A DNA stretch of 64,000 nt from Spirochaetota bacterium (GCA_016934265.1 JAFGTF010000145.1:5643-69642), one strand, 5' to 3'; shown: positions 47,187 to 58,278, counted from the first letter of the stretch. The notes: generated by a model not told the origin, from the sequence alone. Translations and numbers: made by a program.

Positions 47187-48948
47187 TCTGTCTGAAATAA
47201 TCCTCCATAGAGCTGAATCGGCGGATCATCTCCTCATGTATGTATCTTCCGACTTTTTTCTTCGAGGAAAGCTCGAGCGCGTTTTTGGCCATTGTCTCTG
47301 CGTCGCCCAGTGTAGAGTTTACGATGATGTTCTTCACGACGGGGATGCTCATCAGGCTCATGCTCATCTTTCTGTAGCCCAGGCCTATGAGAAGGAGGGT
47401 ATTGAGCGGATCTCCGGCCATTTCACCGCAGATACTCGTTTCGAGGCCCTTTTCGGCCGCGATGTCGGAAATTCTCTTTAATGAACGGAGTATCGCCGGA
47501 TGGATGGGGTCGAATTCGGAGGCCACCATGCCGTTGCCCCTGTCTATCGCAAGGGTATACTGGATGAGGTCGTTGGTTCCGACGCTGACGAAATCGACGA
47601 GATCGGCGATCCGGTCGAGCAGGATGATACTCGACGGAGTCTCCACCATGATGCCGAGCGGCAGGTCGCTGTTGTAGGGGACTCCCTGTTTCGACAGCGC
47701 TGCCTTACACTCTTCCATAACCTTGAATATTTCCTCGATTTCGTCGATATCGCTGACCATCGGAAACATGATCCGGGCGTTTCCGAAATAGGAGGCCTTG
47801 AGGATCGCGGTTATCTGTGTTTTCAGGATCTCTTTGTGAGAGAGGGCGTACCGTATGCCGCGCCACCCCAAAAAGGGGTTTTTTTCCTCGTAATAGTCCA
47901 TATACGGCGGCTTCTTGTCCCCTCCGATGTCTATGACCCTGATGGTCACCTCATATGGATTGAGCTTCTTGATAATTTCCCTGTAGATCAGAAACTGCTC
48001 CTGGGCTGTCGGGGACTGGTTTCTGTTGAGAAAGAGGTATTCGGTTCTGAAGAGCCCTATGCCGGTGCAGTTACGCTTGTCGATGAGCGCGAGCTCCTCC
48101 TCGACGTCCATATTGGCGAGAAGCAGGACCTCCACGCCGTCCTTGAGCTCGGATTTCTTCTCCTCGAGCTCCCCGAGTTTTTTCTCATATTGCTCGTATT
48201 TCTCCTCCCTATAGGTATAGAGGGAGATCGTGTCACGTTCCGGGTTTATGACGACGGTCCCGATGGTCCCGTCTACGATCAGCGAATCACCGGTAGTAAT
48301 GTGCTTGGTAATATCCTCGATGCCGACCACAGCGGGAATTTTCAGGTCACGTGCCATGATCGTGACGTGTGAGGTCTTTCCGCCTATTTCTGTAACGAAC
48401 GCCTTCACGTTTTTCTTATAAAGGTTGACGATTTCGGGAGGGGAGAGGGTATGGGCAACCACGACCGGGTTCTCCACATCATTCGGAATATCGAACTCTT
48501 CGCTCCCAAGGAGATTCTTTAGCACCTTGCGCCCGACGGAGATGACGTCCGGCGCCCTCTCTCTGAAGTAGTTGTCGTCGGAGGCCGAGAGTTTGTCCGC
48601 GATATCCTCGATCACCTCGTTGAAGACCCATTCGATATTGAGATAGCTCGAAATGATATGATTCGAGACCTTTTCCTTGATCAGGGGATCGTCAAGCATG
48701 AGTATCGTCGTGTCTATGTAGCCGGTTTCGAGCGGGGAATGATCCTTCTGTAGCTCGAGCTTCAGCTCCTCCAGCTCGTTCTTTGTCTTCATGAGGGCCG
48801 CTTCGAGCTTTTCTATCTCCTGCTCGACGGTTTTGGGATCCTGCTCTATCCCGTAACGGGGTATGAAGATGTTGGATTTATGGAACACCACGGCATTGCC
48901 GAACGCGATGCGTCCCGATCCTGGAATCCCCTTGAAGAATCGCTCCAT
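47179..48948 (-). CDS. ptsI: phosphoenolpyruvate-protein phosphotransferase (PTS enzyme I)
   Basis: Phospho-His region GGKTSHVTIMARDL and PEP-binding C-terminus CGEMAGDP. ATG at 48948 gives the typical GSGRIAFG N-terminus; the frame extends to 48975. Confidence 0.85.
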   Translation of the reverse strand: MERFFKGIPGSGRIAFGNAVVFHKSNIFIPRYGIEQDPKTVEQEIEKLEAALMKTKNELEELKLELQKDHSPLETGYIDTTILMLDDPLIKEKVSNHIISSYLNIEWVFNEVIEDIADKLSASDDNYFRERAPDVISVGRKVLKNLLGSEEFDIPNDVENPVVVAHTLSPPEIVNLYKKNVKAFVTEIGGKTSHVTIMARDLKIPAVVGIEDITKHITTGDSLIVDGTIGTVVINPERDTISLYTYREEKYEQYEKKLGELEEKKSELKDGVEVLLLANMDVEEELALIDKRNCTGIGLFRTEYLFLNRNQSPTAQEQFLIYREIIKKLNPYEVTIRVIDIGGDKKPPYMDYYEEKNPFLGWRGIRYALSHKEILKTQITAILKASYFGNARIMFPMVSDIDEIEEIFKVMEECKAALSKQGVPYNSDLPLGIMVETPSSIILLDRIADLVDFVSVGTNDLIQYTLAIDRGNGMVASEFDPIHPAILRSLKRISDIAAEKGLETSICGEMAGDPLNTLLLIGLGYRKMSMSLMSIPVVKNIIVNSTLGDAETMAKNALELSSKKKVGRYIHEEMIRRFSSMEDYFRQNV

Positions 48949-49261
48949 TTTTGAGGTATCCTTTGCCGAAGACATCGTTCTCCAACGAGTAACGCCGCCT
49001 AAGGAGTCTCGATGCAGGTGCGATATCTTCTCGCCCTGTTATCGGTTCGTCATATTCCATGAGCGAACAGGTGCTCTGAAGCACCTTCGCCCGGGCTGCA
49101 CACATTCGCTCCGTACCGGCTGAATGTCGAAAGATTAGAGACTACTAAATATTTTAAATACCATGCTATTAGTATTATAATATATTAGAGTTATGTTTGA
49201 ACAACAATCTCCTTTTTAACGTCGAAGTGGCAGACACTTCCGCGTTCAGGGAACACAGCGG

Positions 49262-50809
49262 ATGAAGGGTACACATAGACTCTGGCTGGTGCTCTTTTTG
49301 TTCTCCGGCGCGTTCGTATTCTTTTCTTTCCTCGCCAATACGGACGGTAAAAAGAAAGAGGACCTCGTGGTCTTCTATGACGCCGGAATCGAGGAATACG
49401 GCGTAGTGGTCGATCACGTGACGGAATGCCTTGAGGAAGCGGGATACTCGGTGCGGGTACATGAGTTCGACCCGGGCGATATATCCCGTTTTATCATGTC
49501 GCATCCCGATGCCCTCTACCTCACGCGGGATCCCGTCGATTGCCCGCTCTATGAGCTTTTAAGTCACGACTACCTGCTTGTATACGTCGCCTCGACTGAA
49601 ACCCCGGCCGGGCGAGGCGGTTTGACGGGAGAAGAGTTTGACGAGATCATGAAAAGGGGGCGCGGTCAAAAGACAAGGGGGACGAAAGGCCTGCACGTTC
49701 TTTCCTACCCGGATATCGGCCTCGACCGCCATCCCGTCGCGGTGGACGGGATTCTTCCGAGTCTGTACAACATCAGAACCGGGACATATCCGAAGATGTA
49801 CCGGGCCCGCATGCACACGGCAAAACGGGAACTGTTCGATACCGGTGATGGGGATACGCTCCTGTATGAATTCGGCGGATGGCTGAAAAGCGCCTTCTCG
49901 ATCGTCGCGGGTGGAGATATCATGCTTGCGCGGGGCACACGGCGATACATGGAACGATACGGCTGTACCTACCCGTTTGAGAAGATCGTACAAGAGGTCT
50001 CGAGGGCTGACGTCTCGGTGGCGAACCTGGAGTCTCCGATCTCAACGAGGGGATCGAAGTTTTTTCCGTTCAAAGGTATCTACTTCAGGGCGGACCCGTC
50101 CTCACTGCAGGGGCTTGTATTCGCCGGTTTCGATGTTCTGGCCCTTGCGAACAACCACGCGCTCGACTGGGGAGTGGAAGCGATAGAAGACACCATGACG
50201 CTTTTAAAGCGGGAGGGGATACTGTATACCGGGGTGGGACAGACTAGACAACAGGCGCTCGAGCCTGCGATTGTGCGCGTGAACGGCACGAGCATCGCGT
50301 TTTTGTCATACAACTGCATATATCCGTTTTCCGTAGATGGAGGGGGTACGCGCATGGTCACCCTCACCCTGAATGAGGAGAGGGCGCGGCGGGAGATCGA
50401 GGTGGTGAAGGCCTCCCACGACGTGCTTGTCGTGCTCGTTCACGGCGGGAAGGAATATCTGATGCATCCGGAAGTGGAAAAGGTGCGGCTGCTGAGGCGG
50501 CTGGTCGACTTCGGTGCGGACGTCGTACTTGGTACTCATCCGCATGTCATACAGGACATGGAGGTGTACCACGGCGGGCTGATATACTATAGCCTCGGAA
50601 ACCTCGTATTCGACCAGAACTGGTCCGTCGAAACGAGTCGGGGGCTTTTGGTTGAGATATCCTTTATCGGCGATCGGCCCGTGTGCTGTGATACGAGAGT
50701 CGTACAAATTGATCACACACAAGCCGGGATTATGGAACCGGATGAAGCGAAAGAGGTGCTTTCAACGTTATATTCCGAAAGGAGCAGGTATGCGTATGCG
50801 AAAAGGTAA
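49262..50809 (+). CDS. CapA family protein (PGA_cap metallophosphatase-like) with N-terminal extension
   Basis: Signal peptide; the C-terminal 300 aa carry CapA motifs (GGDIMLAR, NLESP, NNHALDWG, HGG.EY, GTHPHV). An N-terminal domain of about 180 aa has unknown function. Confidence 0.7.
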   Translation: MKGTHRLWLVLFLFSGAFVFFSFLANTDGKKKEDLVVFYDAGIEEYGVVVDHVTECLEEAGYSVRVHEFDPGDISRFIMSHPDALYLTRDPVDCPLYELLSHDYLLVYVASTETPAGRGGLTGEEFDEIMKRGRGQKTRGTKGLHVLSYPDIGLDRHPVAVDGILPSLYNIRTGTYPKMYRARMHTAKRELFDTGDGDTLLYEFGGWLKSAFSIVAGGDIMLARGTRRYMERYGCTYPFEKIVQEVSRADVSVANLESPISTRGSKFFPFKGIYFRADPSSLQGLVFAGFDVLALANNHALDWGVEAIEDTMTLLKREGILYTGVGQTRQQALEPAIVRVNGTSIAFLSYNCIYPFSVDGGGTRMVTLTLNEERARREIEVVKASHDVLVVLVHGGKEYLMHPEVEKVRLLRRLVDFGADVVLGTHPHVIQDMEVYHGGLIYYSLGNLVFDQNWSVETSRGLLVEISFIGDRPVCCDTRVVQIDHTQAGIMEPDEAKEVLSTLYSERSRYAYAKR

Positions 50810-51545
50810 ATATATACTGATATTTACGGTGATGGTCGTGCTGGCGGCCTATGGGATGCTGCTGTCATTCAACTTGGCGCCCTATTTTCTCACCAGCGAA
50901 GATCTTACGCTTGTTCTGTTTCTACTATTGGCGATTTTCCTGCTCGCGCTCTCTTATGACGTGTGCCGTCTCGCCCGAATCGGCGGCAAAAAAGAGTACG
51001 GCTGGGATCTACAGCTTCCCGGCGAAGAGATCGACATAGGCCCGCTTAAAATGAAAGACATATCGTTCTATACACGGGTCCAGCGGTACTTCAAGGGATG
51101 TGAGAACGAGACCGACGTCCTTTCAAGGCTGCTCGTCGCGGCGGCGAAGCTGACCGGAACACAGCGTGCGTCGATACTCCTGTACAGCGGGAAAACCGAC
51201 GAGCTCTTCATCTTTCGGACCGTCGGGTGGGACAGGAATGAGATGAGGATGCTGCGAGATACGAGGATAAAGCCCGGCGAGGGGATTACCGGACGGGTGT
51301 TTCTGGATGGAAAGGCGCTTGTGGTAAGCGACGTCTCAGAAAACGACGAATTCGAAGCAAAGGAGAAGTACAGCACCAAGGCGTTCGTTTCGGCTCCGCT
51401 GTACGCCGGAAACGAGATCGTCGGAGTCATCAACCTGACTGAAAAACAGAATGGGGCGTATACCGAAAAGGAGCTCGGTGTACTCGATTTCGCCGTAACG
51501 ACGGCATCTCTGCTCCTACGTGACACACAGTCCGTCGAACGGTAA
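50790..51545 (+). CDS. GAF domain-containing membrane-anchored protein
   Basis: Two N-terminal TM helices, then a GAF-like core (ASILLYSGKTDELFIFRTVGWD...GITGRVFLDGKALVVSDV...PLYAGNEIVGVINL). Confidence 0.55.
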   Translation: MRMRKGKYILIFTVMVVLAAYGMLLSFNLAPYFLTSEDLTLVLFLLLAIFLLALSYDVCRLARIGGKKEYGWDLQLPGEEIDIGPLKMKDISFYTRVQRYFKGCENETDVLSRLLVAAAKLTGTQRASILLYSGKTDELFIFRTVGWDRNEMRMLRDTRIKPGEGITGRVFLDGKALVVSDVSENDEFEAKEKYSTKAFVSAPLYAGNEIVGVINLTEKQNGAYTEKELGVLDFAVTTASLLLRDTQSVER

Positions 51546-51617
51546 GGATTGCTTTGTTTCTTTACCGGTACCGGGTCTTGTGTTATCTTAGGCGGTACGA
51601 ATTTTTTTAGGGATGCC

Positions 51618-52628
51618 ATGAGGAAAGTACTGAAGCTTATACCGGCGTTCGCGGCTTTTGCCGTGCTATTATTCCTTTTTTCCTTCTACCGCTTCCTGAA
51701 CGGACCGGTTTCGGGAACTACCGATTCGTCGTTCTTTACGATAGCGCACGGCGAGAGCATAAACTCCATCGCGGATAGACTCGAAGATGACGGGCTGGTC
51801 CGTTCGAGGGTATTTTTCAGGGCCATCGTCCGTATTACGAACAGCTCCCGGTATATCAAGGCGGGCGTGTATGACATAAACGGTGGAATGCGCAGCACAA
51901 AGATACTGCGGGTGATCCGTCTGGGAATGGTGGCGATGGAGAAGTTCACGATTCCGGAGGGGCTATATATACGGCAGGTCGCCCGGCTGCTCGACGAAAA
52001 AGGCATCGTCGACGAGGAGGAGTTCGTTCGTGCCTGTTCCGACAGGCGAATCCTGGACCGATTCGGTATCCCCTTTGATACCGCCGAGGGCTTCATATTT
52101 CCGGATACCTATATCGTCGCGAAGGATTTTTCCGAGGAGCAGATCGTGGAGGTCGCTATCGGACGATTTTTTGACGCCCTGAAAGAGGTCCCCTTCACCG
52201 GGTACTCGAATGAAGAGCTGAAACGGATCGTGATAGTCGCGTCGCTCGTCGAGAAGGAGGCCAAACTCGACGAGGAGCGGGCGCTTGTCGCGGCGGTGTT
52301 CTACAACAGGCTAGAAAACGGAAAGAGGCTGGAAGCCTGTTCCACGATACAGTACATACTGGGGAAATCGAAGGAGCGTCTTTTGTACAGCGATCTCAAG
52401 ATCAGTTCTCCATATAACACCTATCTCAACGGCGGACTTCCTCCCGGGCCTATCGCGAGTCCCGGCTTGAGCTCCCTTCGGGCGGCGGTGTTCCCCTCAG
52501 ATGTCGATTACCTCTTCTTCGTGTCGAAACGGGACGGTTCCCATCATTTCTCGACGACCTATGAGGAGCACCTGAAGGCGATAGAACGGTACAACGGCGT
52601 AAAAAGATTTACCCATCAGACGAGCTGA
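51618..52628 (+). CDS. mltG: endolytic murein transglycosylase MltG (YceG family)
   Basis: N-terminal TM anchor and the YceG core (VASLVEKEA...AVFYNRLENGKRLEACSTIQY). Confidence 0.8.
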   Translation: MRKVLKLIPAFAAFAVLLFLFSFYRFLNGPVSGTTDSSFFTIAHGESINSIADRLEDDGLVRSRVFFRAIVRITNSSRYIKAGVYDINGGMRSTKILRVIRLGMVAMEKFTIPEGLYIRQVARLLDEKGIVDEEEFVRACSDRRILDRFGIPFDTAEGFIFPDTYIVAKDFSEEQIVEVAIGRFFDALKEVPFTGYSNEELKRIVIVASLVEKEAKLDEERALVAAVFYNRLENGKRLEACSTIQYILGKSKERLLYSDLKISSPYNTYLNGGLPPGPIASPGLSSLRAAVFPSDVDYLFFVSKRDGSHHFSTTYEEHLKAIERYNGVKRFTHQTS

Positions 52629-52728
52629 GACAGGGTGATAAAGGGATTGTCTGATCGGCTGCAGAAAATTATATTAGCAGTTGCTTTAGCGATTTTAAAG
52701 AAACCATACCGAAGAGCCCCTGAATAAA

Positions 52729-54516
52729 TTGAATATCTCCGAATCCACAATAAACAGGATAAGAGAGAGCGTCGATATCGCCGGTGTCATCGGCGAGTAT
52801 GTGCCGCTGAAGAAAGTGGGACAGAGCTACAAGGGCCTATGCCCGTTCCATTCGGAGAAGACGCCGTCGTTCATCGTCAACCCCAAGAAGGGCATCTTCC
52901 ACTGCTTCGGGTGCGGTATAGGGGGCAATGTATTCACCTTCCTCATGAGGTTCAAGGGCATAAGTTTTCCGGATGCCGTCCGGATGCTCGGCGAGAAGGC
53001 CGGTATCAGAGTCGAGCAGGCGAGGGTGGACGATAGAGAGCAGCGAAAGAGGGAAGCGCTGTACAAGGTAAACGAGATCGCCGTCTCTTTCTTTCAGAAA
53101 GCGCTTTTCAGTGAGGGCGGGGCCTCTGCGCGTGAATATCTGAAGGGAAGAAAGATAGATAAAGAAACAGCGATACACTATAAGCTGGGATATGCGCCCA
53201 GTGCGTGGGACTCGCTGCTTCTGCATCTCGACTCGAAGGGCTACGGGCACTCGCTGCTCGAGGAGTCCGGCCTCGTGTTGAAGAAAAAAAAGGGTGTGGG
53301 ATACTACGACCGTTTCAGAAACAGGATCATGTTTCCGATACAGGATTCTATAGGAAGATATGTGGGGTTCGGTGCGAGGATACTCGAGGGCGAAGAAGGT
53401 CCGAAGTATGTCAACACGAACGAAAACGAGCTGTTCCACAAGGGAAAGAATCTCTTCGGATTTTACCACGCAGAGGAATGGGTGAGAAAGGAAGATGCGG
53501 TCTTTATCGTCGAGGGCTATTTCGATGTCATACGAGTGTGCAGGGAGGGTATACGGAACACGGTCGCTCCGCTCGGTACCGCTCTCACCGAGGACCAGGT
53601 AGCGCTTTTATCAAGGTATACGAGAAACGTATATCTCGCATTCGACCCCGACGAGGCGGGTAAGAAGGCCGCGCTGCGAAGCATAGGGCTTTTGAACGGC
53701 AGGGGTATAGACCCGGTGATACTGCGGTTTCCGTCAGAAACCGATCCGGGAGATTTCTTCGATAAGTATGACAGGAAGGATTTCGACAGGCTGCTCGAAG
53801 ACGCGGTTCCGGGAGTCGAGTACATCGTATCTTCGCATATAGATGTGAAAAAAAAATATACCGCAAATGAAAAAATTGTTATATTACAGCGTCTCGCTGA
53901 GTTTTATAACGGGATGGAGAGCACTATCTTACAGGATGACCTGATCAGAAGGATCTCGTCCGCGCTGGATACCGACGAGTATATCCTTAGGAACGAAATT
54001 GAGAAGCTCACCGGCACTTCAAAACGCACTCAGAAAATACCGTCGTTTACGGAAAATAAAAGACACGCACGGGTCACTACCGAATTCAATCTGCTTCTCT
54101 TTATCCTGAGCAATCCTGAGCATTTTTCGATTGTCGAGTCTCGCGTCGATGAAAGCTACTTTCAGGGAAGATGGACGAAGCAGCTCTACAACGCGCTGCT
54201 TAAGGCGAAGAATACGGGGTCCTGGGATTCCGGTACCGTGCTGGGGTACATCAAGGACGATAAGTTCGTCGAGTATATTTCCGGACGCCTGATGGAAGAG
54301 GTGTGGAACCTCAACTCCAAGGAGGCCGTTATTGACCTCATGAAAAAGCTCATAACACGCAGGATACAGGATCATATAGAGGTCATCAATAAAAAGCTGC
54401 AAAAAGCGGTCCTCGAGAACGACGAAAAGGTAATCGGAGAGCTCAACGTCGAAAAACAGGCGCAATCTAACGAACTGAAGAAGTGGAAAGAGCTAAAGAC
54501 GGTCAACCTCTCTTGA
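52729..54516 (+). CDS. dnaG: DNA primase
   Basis: Zinc-binding CPFHSEKTPSF...HCFGCG, the RNA polymerase core, and the Toprim motif VFIVEGYFDV. Confidence 0.9.
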   Translation: MNISESTINRIRESVDIAGVIGEYVPLKKVGQSYKGLCPFHSEKTPSFIVNPKKGIFHCFGCGIGGNVFTFLMRFKGISFPDAVRMLGEKAGIRVEQARVDDREQRKREALYKVNEIAVSFFQKALFSEGGASAREYLKGRKIDKETAIHYKLGYAPSAWDSLLLHLDSKGYGHSLLEESGLVLKKKKGVGYYDRFRNRIMFPIQDSIGRYVGFGARILEGEEGPKYVNTNENELFHKGKNLFGFYHAEEWVRKEDAVFIVEGYFDVIRVCREGIRNTVAPLGTALTEDQVALLSRYTRNVYLAFDPDEAGKKAALRSIGLLNGRGIDPVILRFPSETDPGDFFDKYDRKDFDRLLEDAVPGVEYIVSSHIDVKKKYTANEKIVILQRLAEFYNGMESTILQDDLIRRISSALDTDEYILRNEIEKLTGTSKRTQKIPSFTENKRHARVTTEFNLLLFILSNPEHFSIVESRVDESYFQGRWTKQLYNALLKAKNTGSWDSGTVLGYIKDDKFVEYISGRLMEEVWNLNSKEAVIDLMKKLITRRIQDHIEVINKKLQKAVLENDEKVIGELNVEKQAQSNELKKWKELKTVNLS

Positions 54517-54586
54517 CGCTTTGAACGGGAGTAGAGCATGAAGTAGAAAACAGGGATACATAAAGATCGGCGAGCCTTTCATTCTA

Positions 54587-56377
54587 ATGTCAACTCTATG
54601 GAGCGTGCGCAAAGTGTCTGACATGAAAAACCTACCTGAGGTTGAATTGCTTCTCAAACTTGCGGCCGAACAGAACAGCACCATCACGTATGACCAGATC
54701 AACGAAAACCTGCCGTATACGATAGTAAGCACGGATAAGATCGAGGAGCTGTTCGTCCTCTTTTCCAAGTCGAATATCAGTATAGTGGACAGGATAGAAG
54801 CCGAGGAGGGGGGGAACGGGTCCGCAGGTATAATAAAAAAGGATAAAGCGGAAAAAAAAGACAGTGAAACCGATACCGAGGAAGAGGAGGTAGACGAAGA
54901 GGACGAGGGGGCGGAGAAGAGGGTAATCAACTACGACAGCAGCGCCCATACCGACGATCCGATCAGGCTCTATCTCAAGGAAATAGGAAAGGTCCATCTT
55001 CTCAACGCTGAGGAGGAGGTGAAGCTCGCAAAGGAGATAGAGAAGGGCGAAAAGGTCATCGAACGCGAGCTGTTCTACTCCAACATATTTCTCAAAGAGA
55101 TAAAGAAAACGATCGACAGGGTGAATGGAAAAAAGACCGATATACAGTGTCTTCTCGAATACCAGAAGTTCTATAATATCTCCTCGGAGGACAAACGCAA
55201 GCTAAAGAGAAAGTTCCAGAACCTTGAAAAGCTCCTGGCGGAGAAGGTCATGTTCCCCGTCGAAGGGACGCTGCCGGAATCGGTGCGGAAGGAGCTGTAT
55301 CGCACGTTCAGGCGGGCGAACATCAACAAGGAGGAGATCGAGAGAATATCCAAGAAGGTCGACGACTGTTTTTTTCAGGCGAATGCACTCGAGGAGCTGC
55401 TTTCCGATATCGAGGCGACCGTCGGGAGGAAAGTGCGGGAGATCAAAACGATATACGGCCATATCGAGAAGGGCAAGGGAATCGAGAAGATAAAGGACAG
55501 GTATTTTCCCAACGTAGATCAGATAAAGGAGATATATAACAGGATAAAGGGAGTCGAACGAAAGCTAAAGAAGATCGAGCTCGATACGGGAGAGACGACA
55601 CAGAGCCTGAAGAAGCTCCATCACGCCATCGAAAAAGGAAGAGCGATAATATGCAGGGCGAAGGACAAGCTCATTCAGTCCAACCTTCGTCTCGTGGTGA
55701 GCATAGCGAAGAAGTACACAAACAGGGGCCTTCATTTTTTCGACCTCGTCCAGGAGGGAAACATAGGACTGATCAAGGCGGTCGAGAAGTTCGAGTATAA
55801 GAAAGGGTATAAATTCAGTACGTATGCGACATGGTGGATACGGCAGGCGATAACGAGATCAATTTCGGATCAGGCGAGAACGATCAGGATACCGGTCCAT
55901 ATGATCGAGCAGATCAATAAGGTGATAAAGGAATCCAGACAGCTCATGCAGATGTACGGGAGGGAGCCGACGACAGAGGAGATAGCCAAGAAGCTCGGGT
56001 GGAGTATCTCGAGGGTAAAGGGCATTCGGAGCGTGGCGAGGGACCCGATTTCCCTCGAGACGCCGATCGGCGACGACGAGGAAACGCTCCTCGGAGATTT
56101 CATAGAGGACCGCGACAGCGATAATCCCGCGACGAAGACTTCGTATACGCTGCTGCAGGAGCTTATCACCGAGGTTTTGAATACCCTCCCGGTGAAGGAG
56201 CAGAAGGTTCTGAGGATGAGGTTCGGTCTCGATGACGGATACTCGCATACGCTGGAAGAGGTGGGGTATGTTTTCAACGTAACGAGAGAGAGGATCAGGC
56301 AAATCGAGGCGAAGGCCCTCAGACGGCTTATGCATCCGACACGAAGCAAGAAGCTTCGCGACTATCTCGAAGGTTGA
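54587..56377 (+). CDS. rpoD: RNA polymerase sigma factor RpoD (sigma-70)
   Basis: Region 1.2 [11 protein letters not shown], region 2 [34 protein letters not shown], region 4 [24 protein letters not shown], and an acidic spacer. Alternative start at 54626. Confidence 0.9.
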   Translation: MSTLWSVRKVSDMKNLPEVELLLKLAAEQNSTITYDQINENLPYTIVSTDKIEELFVLFSKSNISIVDRIEAEEGGNGSAGIIKKDKAEKKDSETDTEEEEVDEEDEGAEKRVINYDSSAHTDDPIRLYLKEIGKVHLLNAEEEVKLAKEIEKGEKVIERELFYSNIFLKEIKKTIDRVNGKKTDIQCLLEYQKFYNISSEDKRKLKRKFQNLEKLLAEKVMFPVEGTLPESVRKELYRTFRRANINKEEIERISKKVDDCFFQANALEELLSDIEATVGRKVREIKTIYGHIEKGKGIEKIKDRYFPNVDQIKEIYNRIKGVERKLKKIELDTGETTQSLKKLHHAIEKGRAIICRAKDKLIQSNLRLVVSIAKKYTNRGLHFFDLVQEGNIGLIKAVEKFEYKKGYKFSTYATWWIRQAITRSISDQARTIRIPVHMIEQINKVIKESRQLMQMYGREPTTEEIAKKLGWSISRVKGIRSVARDPISLETPIGDDEETLLGDFIEDRDSDNPATKTSYTLLQELITEVLNTLPVKEQKVLRMRFGLDDGYSHTLEEVGYVFNVTRERIRQIEAKALRRLMHPTRSKKLRDYLEG

Positions 56378-56476
56378 AAAAATCGAGAAATGCGATACGG
56401 TACTCCTCAAAACTCATTTTGATTATGTATTCATTAAGGCCACCGATAATATCTAAAAAGAGTGGGGAGGTGCATA

Positions 56477-56701
56477 ATGTACCTTGTCCTGGTAAAGGAA
56501 AACGGCGAACATACTCTCACGGGAATCGGTGAAGATATCGGTGAGGTCAGGGCAATCATTGACAGGGAAAATCTGAAAAATAAGATAGAGACGGGCAAGG
56601 CATATCTCGTAGAGGGGGTGATACGGCTGATCAGACCGGAAACGACCCCCGAATTGCTCGATGTGAAGACGAAAAAGAAAAAAACTGACAAGTATTACTG
56701 A
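56477..56701 (+). CDS. hypothetical small protein
   Basis: 75-aa ORF with a GGGGAGG RBS and a Lys-rich C-terminus. Confidence 0.3.
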   Translation: MYLVLVKENGEHTLTGIGEDIGEVRAIIDRENLKNKIETGKAYLVEGVIRLIRPETTPELLDVKTKKKKTDKYY

Positions 56702-56799
56702 CACGGTACCCGCGGTGGGAGGGAGCCCTGAAATCATATAGAGAAGAACTCTGGTTCGATATCCCCGACAGATTCGGGCTGGTCAATATCACGGACGAG

Positions 56800-57147
56800 G
56801 TGGAAAAAACGCTCGATCAGTCCGGGATTCGCGAGGGATTATGCCTCGTCAACGCAATGCACATTACCGCGAGCGTCTTCATAAACGATGACGAGAGGGG
56901 GCTGCACGAGGACTACAAAAGGTGGCTTGAGCGGCTCGCACCACATGAACCCGTCTCGCAGTACCTTCACAACCGCACCATGGAGGACAACGCGGATGCC
57001 CATATGAAGCGACAGCTCATGGGAAGAGAGGTGGTTGTCGCGGTTACCGACGGGAAACTCGATTTCGGACCGTGGGAGCAGATCTTTTACGGGGAGTTCG
57101 ACGGCAGAAGAAAAAAGCGTGTGCTCGTCAAGATCATCGGAGAATAA
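56800..57147 (+). CDS. YjbQ/UPF0047 family protein (secondary thiamine-phosphate synthase-like)
   Basis: [19 protein letters not shown]...[14 protein letters not shown] core of the YjbQ family. The conserved N-terminal region continues upstream in-frame to about 56728 without a canonical start codon. Confidence 0.6.
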   Translation: MEKTLDQSGIREGLCLVNAMHITASVFINDDERGLHEDYKRWLERLAPHEPVSQYLHNRTMEDNADAHMKRQLMGREVVVAVTDGKLDFGPWEQIFYGEFDGRRKKRVLVKIIGE

Positions 57148-57254
57148 CAGAGAGGCGGCACGCATTGTGAGAACGCGTCTCAACATCCTTCAGGGTTTTT
57201 TAATGCCCTCCCATACTAAATGCAGGCGGCAGATCAAACATCGTTCCGAAAAAA

Positions 57255-57385
57255 AACCTTGACAGTCCCTTGCGACAATTTAAATTTAATTCAAAACTGT
57301 AATAAAAGCAATCTATACGGATTATGATTGAAATATTGCGAGACGGCAACATTGATAAAAAATTGTCTATAATTTGAGAGGGTAA
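57255..57385 (+). promoter_or_regulatory. strongly AT-rich putative promoter region upstream of cooC
   Basis: TTGACA hexamer (about 57260) and a perfect TATAAT (about 57372) inside a 250-bp AT-rich island that contrasts with the GC-rich background. Confidence 0.3.
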
Positions 57386-57501
57386 ATATTGTTAAAATAT
57401 TATTTATATTGATTTTTTAAGGGATTTTGTTTAAGCTAACGCCAGCTCAACAATAGCAAAAAATAAACAAAGACCAGCAATTATATATACTGGATCGCTT
57501 T

Positions 57502-58278
57502 ATGAAGCTTGCAGTGACCGGGAAGGGAGGAGTCGGGAAGACGACGTTCTGTGCACTCTTGTCCCACGCACTGATAAAGAAGGGGCACAAGGTCTTGCTC
57601 ATAGACGCCGATCCCGACATGAACCTCGCAACAGTCATCGGAATCCCCGAAGAAACGAAAATTACACCAATAGTCGAGCTAAAGGAGCTCATTGCGGAGC
57701 GGACCGGGGTGGAGCCCGGAAAACCCGCGCCGCTTTTCAAGATGAATCCCCGGGTGGACGATATACCGGACCGGTTCTGCGTTTCCCACAACGGGATGAA
57801 GCTCATCGTAATGGGAACGATCCGTTCCGGAGGTGGGGGGTGCGCCTGTCCGGAAAATGCGTTTCTAAAAAGCCTCCTCTCGTATCTCGTGGTGGCCACC
57901 GATGAATGGGTGATCCTCGACATGGAGGCGGGCATCGAGCACTTGGGCCGCGGTACGGCCATCGGTGTGGACTGCATGATCGTCGTCGTGGAGCCGAACC
58001 GAACGAGTATCGAGACGGCGGACCGAATAAAACGGCTCGCCGGTGAGATAGGGATTAAGCGCGTGCTGCTCGTGGGAAACAAGACGGAAACAAAAGAGGA
58101 GAGAGAGTATCTCTCGAAGCATACGGAAGGTCACGAGATCATCGGTTTTTTAGATATTTCAGACGGCATTCGAAACCTGAGCCGTACCGGAGGCTCGTTC
58201 GAAGACCCGGGCGGCAGATCGATGCAACAGGTCGATCTGATTTTGGAACAACTAACGGCTGTCGGGGCGGCGAAGTAG
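57502..58278 (+). CDS. cooC: CO dehydrogenase nickel-insertion accessory ATPase CooC
   Basis: MKLAVTGKGGVGKTT Walker A of the MinD/CooC family. 258 aa, adjacent to cooS. Confidence 0.8.
   Translation: MKLAVTGKGGVGKTTFCALLSHALIKKGHKVLLIDADPDMNLATVIGIPEETKITPIVELKELIAERTGVEPGKPAPLFKMNPRVDDIPDRFCVSHNGMKLIVMGTIRSGGGGCACPENAFLKSLLSYLVVATDEWVILDMEAGIEHLGRGTAIGVDCMIVVVEPNRTSIETADRIKRLAGEIGIKRVLLVGNKTETKEEREYLSKHTEGHEIIGFLDISDGIRNLSRTGGSFEDPGGRSMQQVDLILEQLTAVGAAK

Noticed and set aside
47179-48948. ptsI as part of a larger PTS locus
   Set aside because: No HPr, EIIA, EIIB or EIIC genes flank it within this window. An isolated enzyme I is not informative by itself.
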